Both the position numbers and the translations under genes were made by a program. The notes beneath the pieces are model-generated. The model did no database searches. It had not been told where the DNA came from and saw nothing but the letters and a program-made list of their open reading frames with translations. A stretch of DNA of 64,000 bases, from contig JBBRLQ010000010.1 in the NCBI GenBank assembly GCA_038231275.1, positions 32,001 to 96,000 on the forward strand, read 5' to 3'. Every line of letters starts with the position of its first letter. Positions within the stretch are counted from its first letter, which is position 1. Below are positions 1 through 9,247 of the stretch, in pieces. Origin of the DNA: Polyangiales bacterium. Its GTDB lineage: Bacteria > Myxococcota_A > Polyangia > Polyangiales > Polyangiaceae.

Positions 1-156
1 GAGCCGCTCGTGCGTCTGTCGCGCGTGCGGCGCCGGCAGGGCAACAAGGACGGCGCGCGCGAGGCCTTGCGCGAGGCACGGCGGACGTGGGGGCAGCTCC
101 CGGGGTTCATGAAGAGGAAGCAACTCGGGCTCTACGTCCGCGCGGTGCTGGGCTGA
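1..156 (+). CDS. partial CDS (C-terminus only), probably TPR-containing protein
   Basis: Frame 1 is open from base 1 to TGA at 154-156 (EPLVRLSRVRRRQGNKDGAREALREARRTW...), a helical TPR-like pattern. It ends 2 nt before the next ATG. Confidence 0.5.
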   Translation, partial: EPLVRLSRVRRRQGNKDGAREALREARRTWGQLPGFMKRKQLGLYVRAVLG

Positions 157-158
157 CC

Positions 159-1100
159 ATGCGACGCGGCGCGATCTGGTCCTTCGCGGCGAGCATCGCT
201 TTCGTCGCGTGCTCCTCCTCTAGTGCGCGTGCCCCCGACGCCGTCGACGCCGGAGCGGACGGCGCGATCGCGGACGCGTCGTCGGCCGATGCCCCGAATG
301 ACGCGGCGCCGCCCGCATGCAACGGCCACCCCGAGCTGTGCGCGCGCCGCTTCGACGAGGTCGCGTTTCCGTGCACGCACAACGCGTACTCGACGGCGGC
401 GTACGGCTTCGACCCGCCGTACCGGAATCAGGACAGCGGGATCGCCAAGCAGCTCGTCGACGGCGTGCGGTGCATGATGCTCGATGTCTACGACGACGCC
501 GGCGCGCGCGCGCTCTGTCACGTGTCGTGCGCGCTCGCGAAAAAATCGCACCTCGAAGTCCTCGCCGAGCTGAAGGCGTTCCTCGACGCGAACCCGCGCG
601 AGGTGGTGACGCTCGACTACGAGGACTACGTTCCGGCCGCCGATCTGCTCGCCGACCTCGCGACCGCGGGCCTCGCCGCGATGCTCGTGGCCGCGGACCC
701 CGCCGCGGGCTGGCCGACGCTGGGCGCGATGATCTCGTCGAACAAGCGCCTCGTCGTCGGCGTCGAAGGAATCACCACGAAGACGAGCCCGCCCGCGGGC
801 ATCTACGAATTTTATTCGATCGCGTGGGACACGCCGTACACGTTCACCCAGCCCGCCGACTTCTCGTGCGCGCTGAACCGCGGGCAGACGACGAACGCGC
901 TCTTCCTGGTGAACCACTGGCTCAGCACCAACAGCCTGCCGGACAAGAGCAAGGCCCCTGTCGCCAACGCCTACGCCGCGCTGTACGGACGCGCGAAGGC
1001 GTGCGGCGACGGCGCGCACGATCTACCCAACTTCGTCGCGGTCGACTTCTACGAGACGGGCGATCTGTTCCGCGTCGTCGCCGCGCTCAACGGCTTCTGA
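159..1100 (+). CDS. PI-PLC X-domain-like phosphodiesterase lipoprotein
   Basis: Lipobox FVAC; motifs CNGHPELC, THNAY, QLVDGVR.MMLDVY, LCH, NPREVV, NHWL and PNFVAVDFY typical of PLC-like phosphodiesterases. ATG at 159 chosen as start. Confidence 0.8.
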   Translation: MRRGAIWSFAASIAFVACSSSSARAPDAVDAGADGAIADASSADAPNDAAPPACNGHPELCARRFDEVAFPCTHNAYSTAAYGFDPPYRNQDSGIAKQLVDGVRCMMLDVYDDAGARALCHVSCALAKKSHLEVLAELKAFLDANPREVVTLDYEDYVPAADLLADLATAGLAAMLVAADPAAGWPTLGAMISSNKRLVVGVEGITTKTSPPAGIYEFYSIAWDTPYTFTQPADFSCALNRGQTTNALFLVNHWLSTNSLPDKSKAPVANAYAALYGRAKACGDGAHDLPNFVAVDFYETGDLFRVVAALNGF

Positions 1101-1110
1101 AGAGAGCGCC

Positions 1111-1494
1111 TCACGTGACGGACGCGACGGCGGCCTCGCGCGGCTTTCCGTAGCGGATGACGACGTAGCCGACGATCGCGCCGACCAGCGCGCCCGGCAG
1201 CATGATCTTCCAGTAGTAGTCGGCGCGGCCATAGTGCGTCGCGTTCATGTGCGCGATCGGGAATGTGATGAGCGCCGCGAGGGCGGTGCCGACCGCGATG
1301 CCCAGGGTGGGGTTCTTCATGCGGCGCGCGATGAGGCCGACGAGCACGCCTGCCAGGAGGCCCTTGAATGTGGAACCGATGACGATGCCGCCGATTTGAT
1401 CGCTCATTTCGGGAGAGGAGACGAGCGCCGAGAGGCCGTCGATCGCGCCGAGGCCGGCGCCGGCGAGAAGACCGAGCAAAGGACGATTGAGCAT
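1111..1494 (-). CDS. small 4-TM membrane protein
   Basis: MLNRPLLGLLAGAGLGAIDG... has four hydrophobic Gly-rich segments; GGAGA SD-like sequence upstream; divergent from the ECF sigma gene. Confidence 0.7.
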   Translation of the reverse strand: MLNRPLLGLLAGAGLGAIDGLSALVSSPEMSDQIGGIVIGSTFKGLLAGVLVGLIARRMKNPTLGIAVGTALAALITFPIAHMNATHYGRADYYWKIMLPGALVGAIVGYVVIRYGKPREAAVASVT

Positions 1495-1676
1495 GGAATC
1501 TGTCTCCGGTTCGATGAGTGGAGCGAAACGCAGCGGAGCGAAACGCTCCTGGGGAAAATGGCCGCCCACGCAGCCCCGAAGCTCTCTTCGACGTCCGCGC
1601 GGGAGTCTTTCGAGAAAAGGTGCACGTCGAAAGCGGGCGGCGTCGATTGTCGCGCCTCGGCGTGCGACGTAGGCTG

Positions 1677-2435
1677 ATGAGCATCGTGCCCGACGACTCC
1701 GCGATCGGCAACGCGCGGTTTCCCACGACGCGCGGCTCGGCGGTGCGCGGCGCGACGAGCCCGGATCCGTCCGAACGCGCGCGCTCGTGGGCGGCGCTGG
1801 TCGCGGCGTACTGGAAGGCGGCGTACAAATACGTCCGAATGCGTTGGAGGGCGTCGCGCGAGGACGCCGAGGACGCGACCCAGGGCTTCTTCGAGGGCGC
1901 CATCAGAGGGGACGCGTTCGCGTCGTTCGATCCGGCGCGCGCGCGGTTCCGGACGTTCTTCCGCGTATGCCTCGACCGGCACGTGATGGACGTCCGCAAG
2001 GCGACGACACGGCAAAAGCGCGGCGGCGGCGCGACGAACCTGTCGCTTGATTTTGGCGAGGCCGAGCGCGAGCTGTCCCTCGCGAGCGCCGCTACCTGGG
2101 AGTCGCCGGAGGAGGGCTTCGATCGCGAATGGCGCCGCAGCCTCTTCACGCTCGCGGTCGCGGCGCTCGAGGAGGAGCTCGCGACGTCTGGCAAACGAGG
2201 GCATTTTGAGCTCTTCGCGGCGTACGATCTCGTCGATCCCGCAGGGCGGCCCACCTACGACGCGCTCGCGGCGTCGCGCGGCGTGCCGGTGACGACCGTG
2301 ACGAACCACCTCGCGTTCGCGCGTCGTGAGCTCCGACGCCTCGTCCTCGAGAAGCTCGCCGAGATCACCTCGAACGACGCCGAGCTCGATCGGGAGGCGG
2401 CGTTCCTGCTGGCAAAGCCGACGGAGCCGGGCTGA
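1677..2435 (+). CDS. ECF-type RNA polymerase sigma-70 family factor (kinase-associated type)
   Basis: N-terminal FPTTR motif, region 2 (YWKAAYKYVR..EDAEDATQGFF..RFRTFFRVCL) and region 4 HTH (TYDALAASRGVPVTTVTNHLAFARR). Stop overlaps the kinase start (TGATG). Exact start uncertain (1677 or 1686). Confidence 0.85.
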   Translation: MSIVPDDSAIGNARFPTTRGSAVRGATSPDPSERARSWAALVAAYWKAAYKYVRMRWRASREDAEDATQGFFEGAIRGDAFASFDPARARFRTFFRVCLDRHVMDVRKATTRQKRGGGATNLSLDFGEAERELSLASAATWESPEEGFDREWRRSLFTLAVAALEEELATSGKRGHFELFAAYDLVDPAGRPTYDALAASRGVPVTTVTNHLAFARRELRRLVLEKLAEITSNDAELDREAAFLLAKPTEPG

Positions 2436-3334
2436 TGTGGCTGCCCGACGACGTGCTCGATCACGTGCGCGAGGTCGCCGACGCGCCGGATCTCTCGGCG
2501 ACGAAGTACCGCATGGTGGGACCGCTGGGGCGCGGCGGAATGGGCGCGGTCTACGCGGTCGTCGACGAGGCGCTGGGCCGCGAGGTGGCGCTCAAGGTGT
2601 CGTTCGCGCCGGCATGGTCGACCGAGACGACCGAGCGCGTGCGACGCGAAGCCAGGATCCTCGCGCGCTTGGAGCACCCGGGGATCGTGCCGGTGCACGA
2701 CGTCGGAACGTTGCCCGACGGCCGCGTCTACTACGTGATGAAACGCGTGCGCGGCGAGCGGCTCGACGCCTGGGCAAAGGTCAACCTCGACGTGCGCGCG
2801 CAGCTGCGGCTCTTCATGCGCATCTGCGAGGCGGTCGCCCTCGCGCATGCTGAGGGGATCGTGCACCGCGATCTAAAGCCGGAGAACGTGATGGTCGGTG
2901 CGTTCGGGGAGGCGCTCGTCATGGATTGGGGCGTCGCGAAGGAGCTAGATGACGCCGAGCCGGACGGCGCGGTGCTTGGCACGCGCGCGTACATGGCGCC
3001 CGAGCAAGCGCGCGGCGAGGCGTCGAGGACGGGGGCGTGGTCCGACGTCTATTCACTCGGCGCGGTGCTGAAGTTTCTCCTCGCCGCTCCCGCGCCGCCG
3101 CCGCTCGCCTCGATTTGCCGCAAGGCGATGGAGCCCACGCCCGAGGCGCGGTACCCGTCGGCGGTCGCGCTCGCCGACGACGTGAGGCGGTTCACCGACG
3201 GTGAGCCGGTGCACGCGCATCGCGAGGGAGTCGGTGAACGCCTGGCTCGATTTGCAGCTAAAAACGCGGTGGTTCTCTCACTGCTCGCGGCCTACCTGCT
3301 CTTGCGGGTGCTGCTCGTCGCGTTCTCGCGTTGA
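2435..3334 (+). CDS. Hanks-type Ser/Thr protein kinase with C-terminal TM helix
   Basis: GRGGMG, VALK, HRDLKPEN, DWG, YMAPEQ and SDVYSLG motifs; hydrophobic C-terminus. Confidence 0.95.
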   Translation: MWLPDDVLDHVREVADAPDLSATKYRMVGPLGRGGMGAVYAVVDEALGREVALKVSFAPAWSTETTERVRREARILARLEHPGIVPVHDVGTLPDGRVYYVMKRVRGERLDAWAKVNLDVRAQLRLFMRICEAVALAHAEGIVHRDLKPENVMVGAFGEALVMDWGVAKELDDAEPDGAVLGTRAYMAPEQARGEASRTGAWSDVYSLGAVLKFLLAAPAPPPLASICRKAMEPTPEARYPSAVALADDVRRFTDGEPVHAHREGVGERLARFAAKNAVVLSLLAAYLLLRVLLVAFSR

Positions 3335-3341
3335 GCGATCT

Positions 3342-6230
3342 TCAATCGTCGTCGTCGTCGCCGTCGTCGGACCTGCGCGACAAGAGGGGCGGCGTCTCCG
3401 ACACGCATCCGGCCGCGCGCACGCCGAGGCCGCACGCGAGCTGACGGTTCCAGAGCTCGGTCGGCAGCGTGTCCTCGTGGCGGAAGTCCATGCCGCGCGT
3501 CAGCAGCCCCCAGCTCGCCGCGTCGCCCCGCGCGCGCGCCGTCGCCTCGCCGGGTCCCGGAGGCGGCAGCGGCAAGCGCGACGTACGGAGCACCGCCGGC
3601 ACGATGGCAGCGATCGGCGCGAGGTTCGCGTTCACGTCGAACGCTTCCTCGATCGGCCGCGCCGTCGCGTCCTGCTGGCCGAGCGGCGGCAAGCCAAGGA
3701 GGAGCCCGATCGTCCGCAGCACACTGGGCGTCGTGTACGGCGTCGACACCACCGCCCCGCCGCGCTTCACGTGCCCGCCCGCGAAGAGGACGAAGCTCCG
3801 GTGCGCGTCGACGTGATCGGCGCCGTTCTGCGCGTCGTCTTCGAGCTTCACGATGACCGTGCTCTCCCAGAACGGGCTCCGCGAGATCTTCTCGACGAGC
3901 CGCCCGAGCGCGTAGTCGTGATCGGCGATCTGATGATCGGGCGTACCGAGTCCGTCCTCTGCGTGATCGAAGTGTCCGAGGTGATCGTGCGGCAGGCGAA
4001 CGAGCGACAGCGTCGGCAGCTCCCCCTTCGCGACGAGCTCGTCGAAGTCGCGCTCCCACGCCATCTCGCGCCAGTAGTCCGCGAACGTCATATCGAAGCC
4101 GCGGTAGTACGGATCGGTCCGATCGAGCAGCGCGCGCGCCGTCGGGAAGGCCACGCGCGTCTTCGACTCCCACGGCGTCGGGAGCGGCGGCACCTTGGCG
4201 GGATCGGCGTCGGGCAGGCCGTACCGGAAGTCCTCGCAGAAGACGCCGTAGTTGCGCACCGTGCGGCCCGCCGCGAGCGCCGCGTCCCACAAGAATCCAC
4301 GACCGCCGACGTCGGGCCCGTCGATCGCGCCGACGTCCGCGGTGCCGGGGAGGAGATCGGGATCGTCGGGCGTCTTCGGGTTCCACGCCTTGCGCTGCGC
4401 GACCGACGAGAGGCCGACGTTGATGCCGCGGTTGCCGCCCTCCCAGTCGTAGCTGTGCACGCCGCGCCCCGCGTACTCGACGGGGATCGCTTTCTCGGCG
4501 ACGTCGGTCGACCGGCCGCCGACGCTCCACTGCCAGCCGTCGCCGGACACGCCGCCGGAGTCGAAGAAGCGATCGAGCGTCACGAACGTGCGCGCGAGCT
4601 GGTGGTGGTTCGGGGTGATCGCCTCTCCCCAGAGCACAAGCTTCGGATCGCCGTCGGCGCCGCGAACGTCGCCGAGGATCTGATCGTAGGTCCGGTTCTC
4701 GCCGATGACATAGACCACGTGCTTCACGCGTCCGAGGAGCGCCGCGAAGACGCTGGGCGGTCGCTCGATGTCGTCGGCGACGACGAAGCGATTGTTCGCG
4801 AGCGCCTGCGTCGTGAGCGTGTCGAGGGTCGCGCCCTTCGGAACGGGGAACGATACGAGCCCACCGTGCGTGAGCTGCGGCGCGTACTGGTTCTTGGTTC
4901 CGGGATCGGAGCTGCTGTAGCCGCGGGCGCGATCGGACCACGGGCCGCCGGGGTTCGGGCCGGTCGGGCTCTTGCCGTGCGCGACGAAGAGCCGGTCGCC
5001 GCTGCCCGAGACGCTCACGGCGTTCGGGTAAAATCCGGTCGGCACGAGGCCGGCGACCTCGCCCCGATCGCCGTCGAGCCGGACGATCGCGAGCGTGTTG
5101 TTCCCTCCGTTGGTGACGTAGAGGGTCTTCTCGTCGGGCGAGAGCGCCACCGAGTTCGGGTTCGATCCGCGTAAGAGGAGCGCGGTTTTGGGCGCGCTCA
5201 TGGCGGCCGCGGTGCCGATCTCGCCGACGACCTTGCCGGCGGCGACGTCGATCACGCTGACGGTGTCGCTGTTCGCGTTGGCGACGTAGACGCGCGTCTC
5301 GCGTGCGTTGGCCACGAGCTTCGTCGGCTGGCCGCCCACCTTGATCCTGCGCGTGACCCTCGCCGCGGCGAGATCGATCTCCACGACCTCGCGATCGCGC
5401 TGGCACGCCACGAGCGCGCGCGTCTCGCCGAGGGCCACGATGCCCGCGGGAAATTCCCCGCCCGTGGCGCCCCCGCCAGGCGCGAGGCGAACCTCGGCGA
5501 TCACCGCGCGCGTGGCGGCATCGACGATCGAGACCGTGTCGTTCTCGTGGTTGGCGACGAGGACGCGGGCGCCGCTCCGCGTGACCGCGAGACCGCCGGC
5601 GTAGGGGCCTTGATGGATTCCGAGCCCGTGCGTGTGCCCAAGCGCGATCGGCTCCCCGCGCGCCGTGAATCGTCCGGCGGCGTCACGCGCGAGCTCGTGG
5701 AGGGCATCGTCGGAGCCCCCGCTCACCCATACGCGGGCCCCATCGGGCGAGAAGGCGATTCCTCCGAACGCGTTCGGGATCGGTACCACGTGGGTCTCGC
5801 GCGGCGCGCCGCCGGGGCCGTCGTAGATGCAGACGGACTCGCGCGAGCCGTCCTCCAGCTGCTTTCCCTCGGCGTCGAAGGTCAGGTTGTAGCCGCTCGT
5901 GAGCACGGCGAGCGTTCGCGTGTCGGGCGAGAGCGCGGTCGCGACGGCGTTGCCCGCGCGAAACGCGGGCGCGCGCGCCAGGTGAGGGTCGAGCTCGAAG
6001 ACGCTGGAGCCAGGCGCGGCGTCGGGGGTCATCGACGCCCCCGTCGGAAGGCCCACGATGTCGGTCCCGAAGAGCGACCCCTTGGCCGCGACCTGACCCG
6101 GCGCAAGGTCGCGCGCACGGTAGCGCGCGCCGTTGGGCACCCGCGCCGGCACCGCCCCCATCCCGCACGCCGCGAGCACCCCGGAGAGCGTCGCCCAGCG
6201 CGTCACCCAGCCGATTGCACCCCGCGCCAT
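3342..6230 (-). CDS. YncE/YVTN beta-propeller plus phosphoesterase (alkaline phosphatase superfamily) lipoprotein
   Basis: Lipobox LAAC; repeats VANHENDTVSIVD, VANANSDTVSVID and YVTNGGNNTLAIV; KHVVYVIGENRTYDQILGD, LPHDH and EDDAQNGADHVDAHRS. Start at 6230 is supported by a TAGGCT box 7 nt upstream. Confidence 0.85.
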   Translation of the reverse strand: MARGAIGWVTRWATLSGVLAACGMGAVPARVPNGARYRARDLAPGQVAAKGSLFGTDIVGLPTGASMTPDAAPGSSVFELDPHLARAPAFRAGNAVATALSPDTRTLAVLTSGYNLTFDAEGKQLEDGSRESVCIYDGPGGAPRETHVVPIPNAFGGIAFSPDGARVWVSGGSDDALHELARDAAGRFTARGEPIALGHTHGLGIHQGPYAGGLAVTRSGARVLVANHENDTVSIVDAATRAVIAEVRLAPGGGATGGEFPAGIVALGETRALVACQRDREVVEIDLAAARVTRRIKVGGQPTKLVANARETRVYVANANSDTVSVIDVAAGKVVGEIGTAAAMSAPKTALLLRGSNPNSVALSPDEKTLYVTNGGNNTLAIVRLDGDRGEVAGLVPTGFYPNAVSVSGSGDRLFVAHGKSPTGPNPGGPWSDRARGYSSSDPGTKNQYAPQLTHGGLVSFPVPKGATLDTLTTQALANNRFVVADDIERPPSVFAALLGRVKHVVYVIGENRTYDQILGDVRGADGDPKLVLWGEAITPNHHQLARTFVTLDRFFDSGGVSGDGWQWSVGGRSTDVAEKAIPVEYAGRGVHSYDWEGGNRGINVGLSSVAQRKAWNPKTPDDPDLLPGTADVGAIDGPDVGGRGFLWDAALAAGRTVRNYGVFCEDFRYGLPDADPAKVPPLPTPWESKTRVAFPTARALLDRTDPYYRGFDMTFADYWREMAWERDFDELVAKGELPTLSLVRLPHDHLGHFDHAEDGLGTPDHQIADHDYALGRLVEKISRSPFWESTVIVKLEDDAQNGADHVDAHRSFVLFAGGHVKRGGAVVSTPYTTPSVLRTIGLLLGLPPLGQQDATARPIEEAFDVNANLAPIAAIVPAVLRTSRLPLPPPGPGEATARARGDAASWGLLTRGMDFRHEDTLPTELWNRQLACGLGVRAAGCVSETPPLLSRRSDDGDDDDD

Positions 6231-6392
6231 CGCTCGCAGCCTACCCGGCAACGCTGCGGGTCGGCCTCTGGAAATTGCTCATGAGATCAATGAAATCGAT
6301 CCATTTAGACTGATCATACAATCAGCAGTGTGAAACTGTTGCCACAGCCGTTCCTTGACCGGCGTTGGGGCCTCGTGTATCCGAGAAGCGGC

Positions 6393-6677
6393 ATGGGAAT
6401 CAGTCGGTTCACCTGGTCGCAGATTCGGCAGACGGAGGAGTTCCGCGGGCGCTGGGTCGCACTCGACAACTGCAAGTACGACGCGCGGACCGCCCAGCCG
6501 GTAGAGGGCAGCGTTGTCGACTCGGACGAGGATCTCGTCGAGCTTTGCAGCCGCATCCAGGACGGCCAAAGCCGCCACTGCGCGATCGTCTTCTGCGACG
6601 ACGCCGCCGAGGTCGATCCCCCCTCCTCCCGCCCCCCGAGCGTCCGGCCGCCGGTCGATCGCCCGTACACGCACTAA
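6393..6677 (+). CDS. small hypothetical protein (DUF5678-like 'FRGRWVAL...VVDSDEDLVEL')
   Basis: GC3-rich ORF from ATG 6393 with a motif resembling DUF5678; followed by a terminator-like hairpin. Confidence 0.6.
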   Translation: MGISRFTWSQIRQTEEFRGRWVALDNCKYDARTAQPVEGSVVDSDEDLVELCSRIQDGQSRHCAIVFCDDAAEVDPPSSRPPSVRPPVDRPYTH

Positions 6678-6695
6678 GCGCGGCGCGCTTAGTTT
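6673..6695 (+). terminator. putative intrinsic terminator hairpin
   Basis: ACTAAGCGCG-G-CGCGCTTAGT (10-bp arms) overlaps the stop codon and is followed by a short T run, between convergent genes. Confidence 0.45.
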
Positions 6696-6706
6696 GACGG
6701 TCGTGT

Positions 6707-6783
6707 GGGGCCTCCGGCCCCTCCACCACTTCGTGGCAGAGGCCTCCCCCGATCGCCTGCGGCGAAGGCGTGCCGGGCACGCC
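6707..6783. repeat. cluster of short hairpins (REP-like intergenic element)
   Basis: GGGGCC-TCC-GGCCCC (6707-6721), CCAC-TTC-GTGG (6726-6736), TCGCC-TGC-GGCGA (6753-6765) and GGCGTGCC-G-GGCACGCC (6767-6783). Confidence 0.45.
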
Positions 6784-6813
6784 GGCGTGCTTGAGAGGTT
6801 ATTTCTTGAGGGG

Positions 6814-8052
6814 TTACTTAACGACGGGGCGCAGGATGGTTTTGCCGTCTTTGACGGTGACCTCGAAGTCGACCTTCTTGCCGCCGTGCTTCTCTTTGAG
6901 CTTCTCGCTCGATTCGCGGAGGTTCTTGGAGAGCGACTCGTAGGACAGGCCGGCGGTCGACTCCTTCTGCGCGCGCTTCGTCTCGACGTACTGTGAGTAG
7001 AGCTGGCGTAGGCGCTGCTCGGAGAGGTCCCCCGGCTTCGGCGCGGGCCTCGGCTCCGGGGGCTTCGCGCCGTTCGGGCCCGGACGCGTGCTCTTGCGGG
7101 TCGGCCGGGCTGCGCCGTCTCTTGGTGGCGGCGGCGTGCTCCTTCGCTTCGTGGTGGCCGGCTGGGGGGGAGGAGCGGCATGAGCGGCAGGAGCGGCAGG
7201 AGCGGCTGGAGCGGCTGGAGCCGGGGCCGCGGCAACTGCAGGTGCTGCAGGCGCGAGTCTCGGGACGGACGCTGGCGCGACCGCCGCCGGAAAGAGCGGC
7301 ATCCTCGCGGGGCGCGGCGGCGTGGCAGCGGGCGGAAGCATGGCCTTCGCGTCCGTCCGCGAGAGGTGCCTCTGCGACGGACGCTCCTCGATCGGCCCCG
7401 GCGGCGCCTCGTACGGGATCCCCAGGTCCGGCGGATCGAGGCTCATGAACCGCCGCGACTCGGTGGGCCGCGGGATGTCTGGCATGTCGAAGTCCGGCGG
7501 CGCTGCGGGCCGCAGCGTGTCCGGCGCGTCCGCGTCGAGATCCGAGCCTCCCATGAGATCGTCGAGGTTGGCGTCTTCGCTCATCAGATCGTCGAGATCG
7601 ACGTCGATCTCGATCTCTTTCGCCGCGCCGCGCCGCTGTGCACCGGTGCCGAAGCGCTCGTTCGCGCGCCGCACGTCGCGCTTGTACGTACCTTCCTCGA
7701 TCTGCCGCACGATGCGCGCCCAGTACGACTGGTACGTGTTGTACCGCTGCAGCGTGTTCTGGAACTTGAAGCGCAGCGCCGTGTTCCGGATCTGGACCTT
7801 GCGCAGCTCCTGAAGGCGCCGCTCGACGTCCTTGATCTGGACGTGAGGCATCAGCTTCTCGATCCCCATGAAGTACATGTCGTACGCGGCGCGCAGGCGG
7901 TCGACGCGCTGCTCGAGCTCGGTCACCAGCGTCTCGAGATCTTCCTGCTGCTCTTTCTGAGCCCGCTGGCGCGCTTGCCGAGTGCCGGGCTTCGTGTTGC
8001 CGGGCTTGGTGGTGCCGGGCCTCGTCTGGTTGCTGGTCTTCGGCTCGGCCAC
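6814..8052 (-). CDS. MXAN_5187 C-terminal-domain-like protein
   Basis: N-terminal coiled region (YDMYFMGIEK...IRNTALRFKF...YQSYWARIVRQIEEGTYKRD), Pro/Ala-rich linker and C-terminal LRQLYSQY...VDFEVTVKDGKTILRP, as recalled for this myxobacterial family. Confidence 0.75.
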   Translation of the reverse strand: MAEPKTSNQTRPGTTKPGNTKPGTRQARQRAQKEQQEDLETLVTELEQRVDRLRAAYDMYFMGIEKLMPHVQIKDVERRLQELRKVQIRNTALRFKFQNTLQRYNTYQSYWARIVRQIEEGTYKRDVRRANERFGTGAQRRGAAKEIEIDVDLDDLMSEDANLDDLMGGSDLDADAPDTLRPAAPPDFDMPDIPRPTESRRFMSLDPPDLGIPYEAPPGPIEERPSQRHLSRTDAKAMLPPAATPPRPARMPLFPAAVAPASVPRLAPAAPAVAAAPAPAAPAAPAAPAAHAAPPPQPATTKRRSTPPPPRDGAARPTRKSTRPGPNGAKPPEPRPAPKPGDLSEQRLRQLYSQYVETKRAQKESTAGLSYESLSKNLRESSEKLKEKHGGKKVDFEVTVKDGKTILRPVVK

Positions 8053-8086
8053 GGCCTCCCCAGTCTACCCCCTCGGATCGCCAAGA

Positions 8087-8189
8087 GCAGAAGTCGTTTG
8101 ACCGTCGCGGTCAAACGACTGGCGCGACCCACCAGTGGCCGCAGAAGTCGTTTGAGCGTCGCGGTCAAACGACTGGCGCGACCCACCAG
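8087..8189. repeat. tandem 49-bp direct repeat, each copy containing a 13-bp palindrome (REP-like)
   Basis: GCAGAAGTCGTTTGACCGTCGCGGTCAAACGACTGGCGCGACCCACCAG at 8087-8135 and 8141-8189 (one mismatch); core AGTCGTTTGACCG-TCG-CGGTCAAACGACT. Confidence 0.9.
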
Positions 8190-8192
8190 GGG

Positions 8193-9194
8193 CTAGAGAG
8201 GCGTGATCTTCACGTTGTCGAAGCAGACCTTGACCTGCCACTCGTTGAAGCCGAAGTGGTCGTGGCCCATGCCGGTGAGCGGGCTCGCGTCGGCGAAGGT
8301 CAGGTACTCGAGGTCGTCCACGTAGAATTTCACGGTCTTGCCATCGGTCCGCTCGACCTTCACGTGGTACTGCTGGCCGCGCACGACGGGCTTCTGGCGC
8401 GGGTCGTCGCTCGTCGGATCGACCTTGATTTCCTTGCGATCGTCGCCGTGTTCGTTGATCCGCGCGAGCACGTGGAACTTGTTCTTCCAGCCGCCAAAGA
8501 TGGCCAGGTACGAGGTCGCGTTCGTGTACGACGTGCTCGTCGCCGCGGAGACGCCGTCGCCCCAGATCTCGGATTTCAGGTCCCCCTCCTCCGAGTAGGT
8601 GATGGCGTCGTACTCGACGCGCGCGTTCACCGGGAGGGTGCGCTTCAGCCAGATGCCGTGATTCTTCGCGTTCTGGCCGCAGAGCTTCCCGTTCTCGACG
8701 CGCCACGCGTGGAGGACCGGGGAGGTGACCATCCAGTCGGGGCCGACCGGCTCGGCTTCGGCATTGACGACCGGACCGGTGTCGGCCACGGCGATCGCGG
8801 CGCCCGCTTCGGTCATGGCGTCGGTGCGTGCGTCGGAGCCGCGCGCGGCGTCGGTCACGTGGGCGGCGTCGGTCGCGGCGTCCCCGAGGGCGATGAAGGT
8901 CGGCGTCAGGGTGCCGTTCGCGCCGCCGTCGCCGGTGTTCGCGCCGAACGGCGTGTTCGGACGGTCGAAATTGTCGGAGAAGGGAGCGGTCATCACGTTC
9001 ACGGACGCACGGACGGTCGAGGTCGGCGTCGCCGACGCGCTGGGCGGGCCGGAGTCGGTCGGGGTGCTGTTCCCGGGCGGAACGCAGGCCGCTCCAAGGA
9101 CGGGGCAGAGCCAGCCGATGCGGGCGAGCCGCCCGAAAAGCGAGCGGCGGAAGGGAGGGGCGGACGAGGACCGGGACCGGGCGTTCACGGCCAC
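8193..9194 (-). CDS. hypothetical lipoprotein with C-terminal concanavalin A-like/beta-sandwich domain
   Basis: Lipobox-like LGAAC, low-complexity linker, and a beta-rich C-terminal domain (WRVENGKLCG..IWLKRTLP..ARVEYDA..YHVKVER..FYVDD). Confidence 0.65.
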   Translation of the reverse strand: MAVNARSRSSSAPPFRRSLFGRLARIGWLCPVLGAACVPPGNSTPTDSGPPSASATPTSTVRASVNVMTAPFSDNFDRPNTPFGANTGDGGANGTLTPTFIALGDAATDAAHVTDAARGSDARTDAMTEAGAAIAVADTGPVVNAEAEPVGPDWMVTSPVLHAWRVENGKLCGQNAKNHGIWLKRTLPVNARVEYDAITYSEEGDLKSEIWGDGVSAATSTSYTNATSYLAIFGGWKNKFHVLARINEHGDDRKEIKVDPTSDDPRQKPVVRGQQYHVKVERTDGKTVKFYVDDLEYLTFADASPLTGMGHDHFGFNEWQVKVCFDNVKITPL

Positions 9195-9247
9195 TTTTTA
9201 GCACGACGTGCGATTGTCGCGGCTTTTGTGTAAGAACGTCCCTGGCC

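Noticed and set aside
8087..8189. Possible CRISPR mini-array
   Set aside because: Only two repeats, 49 bp long, with a 5-nt spacer and no cas genes. Kept as a REP-like repeat.
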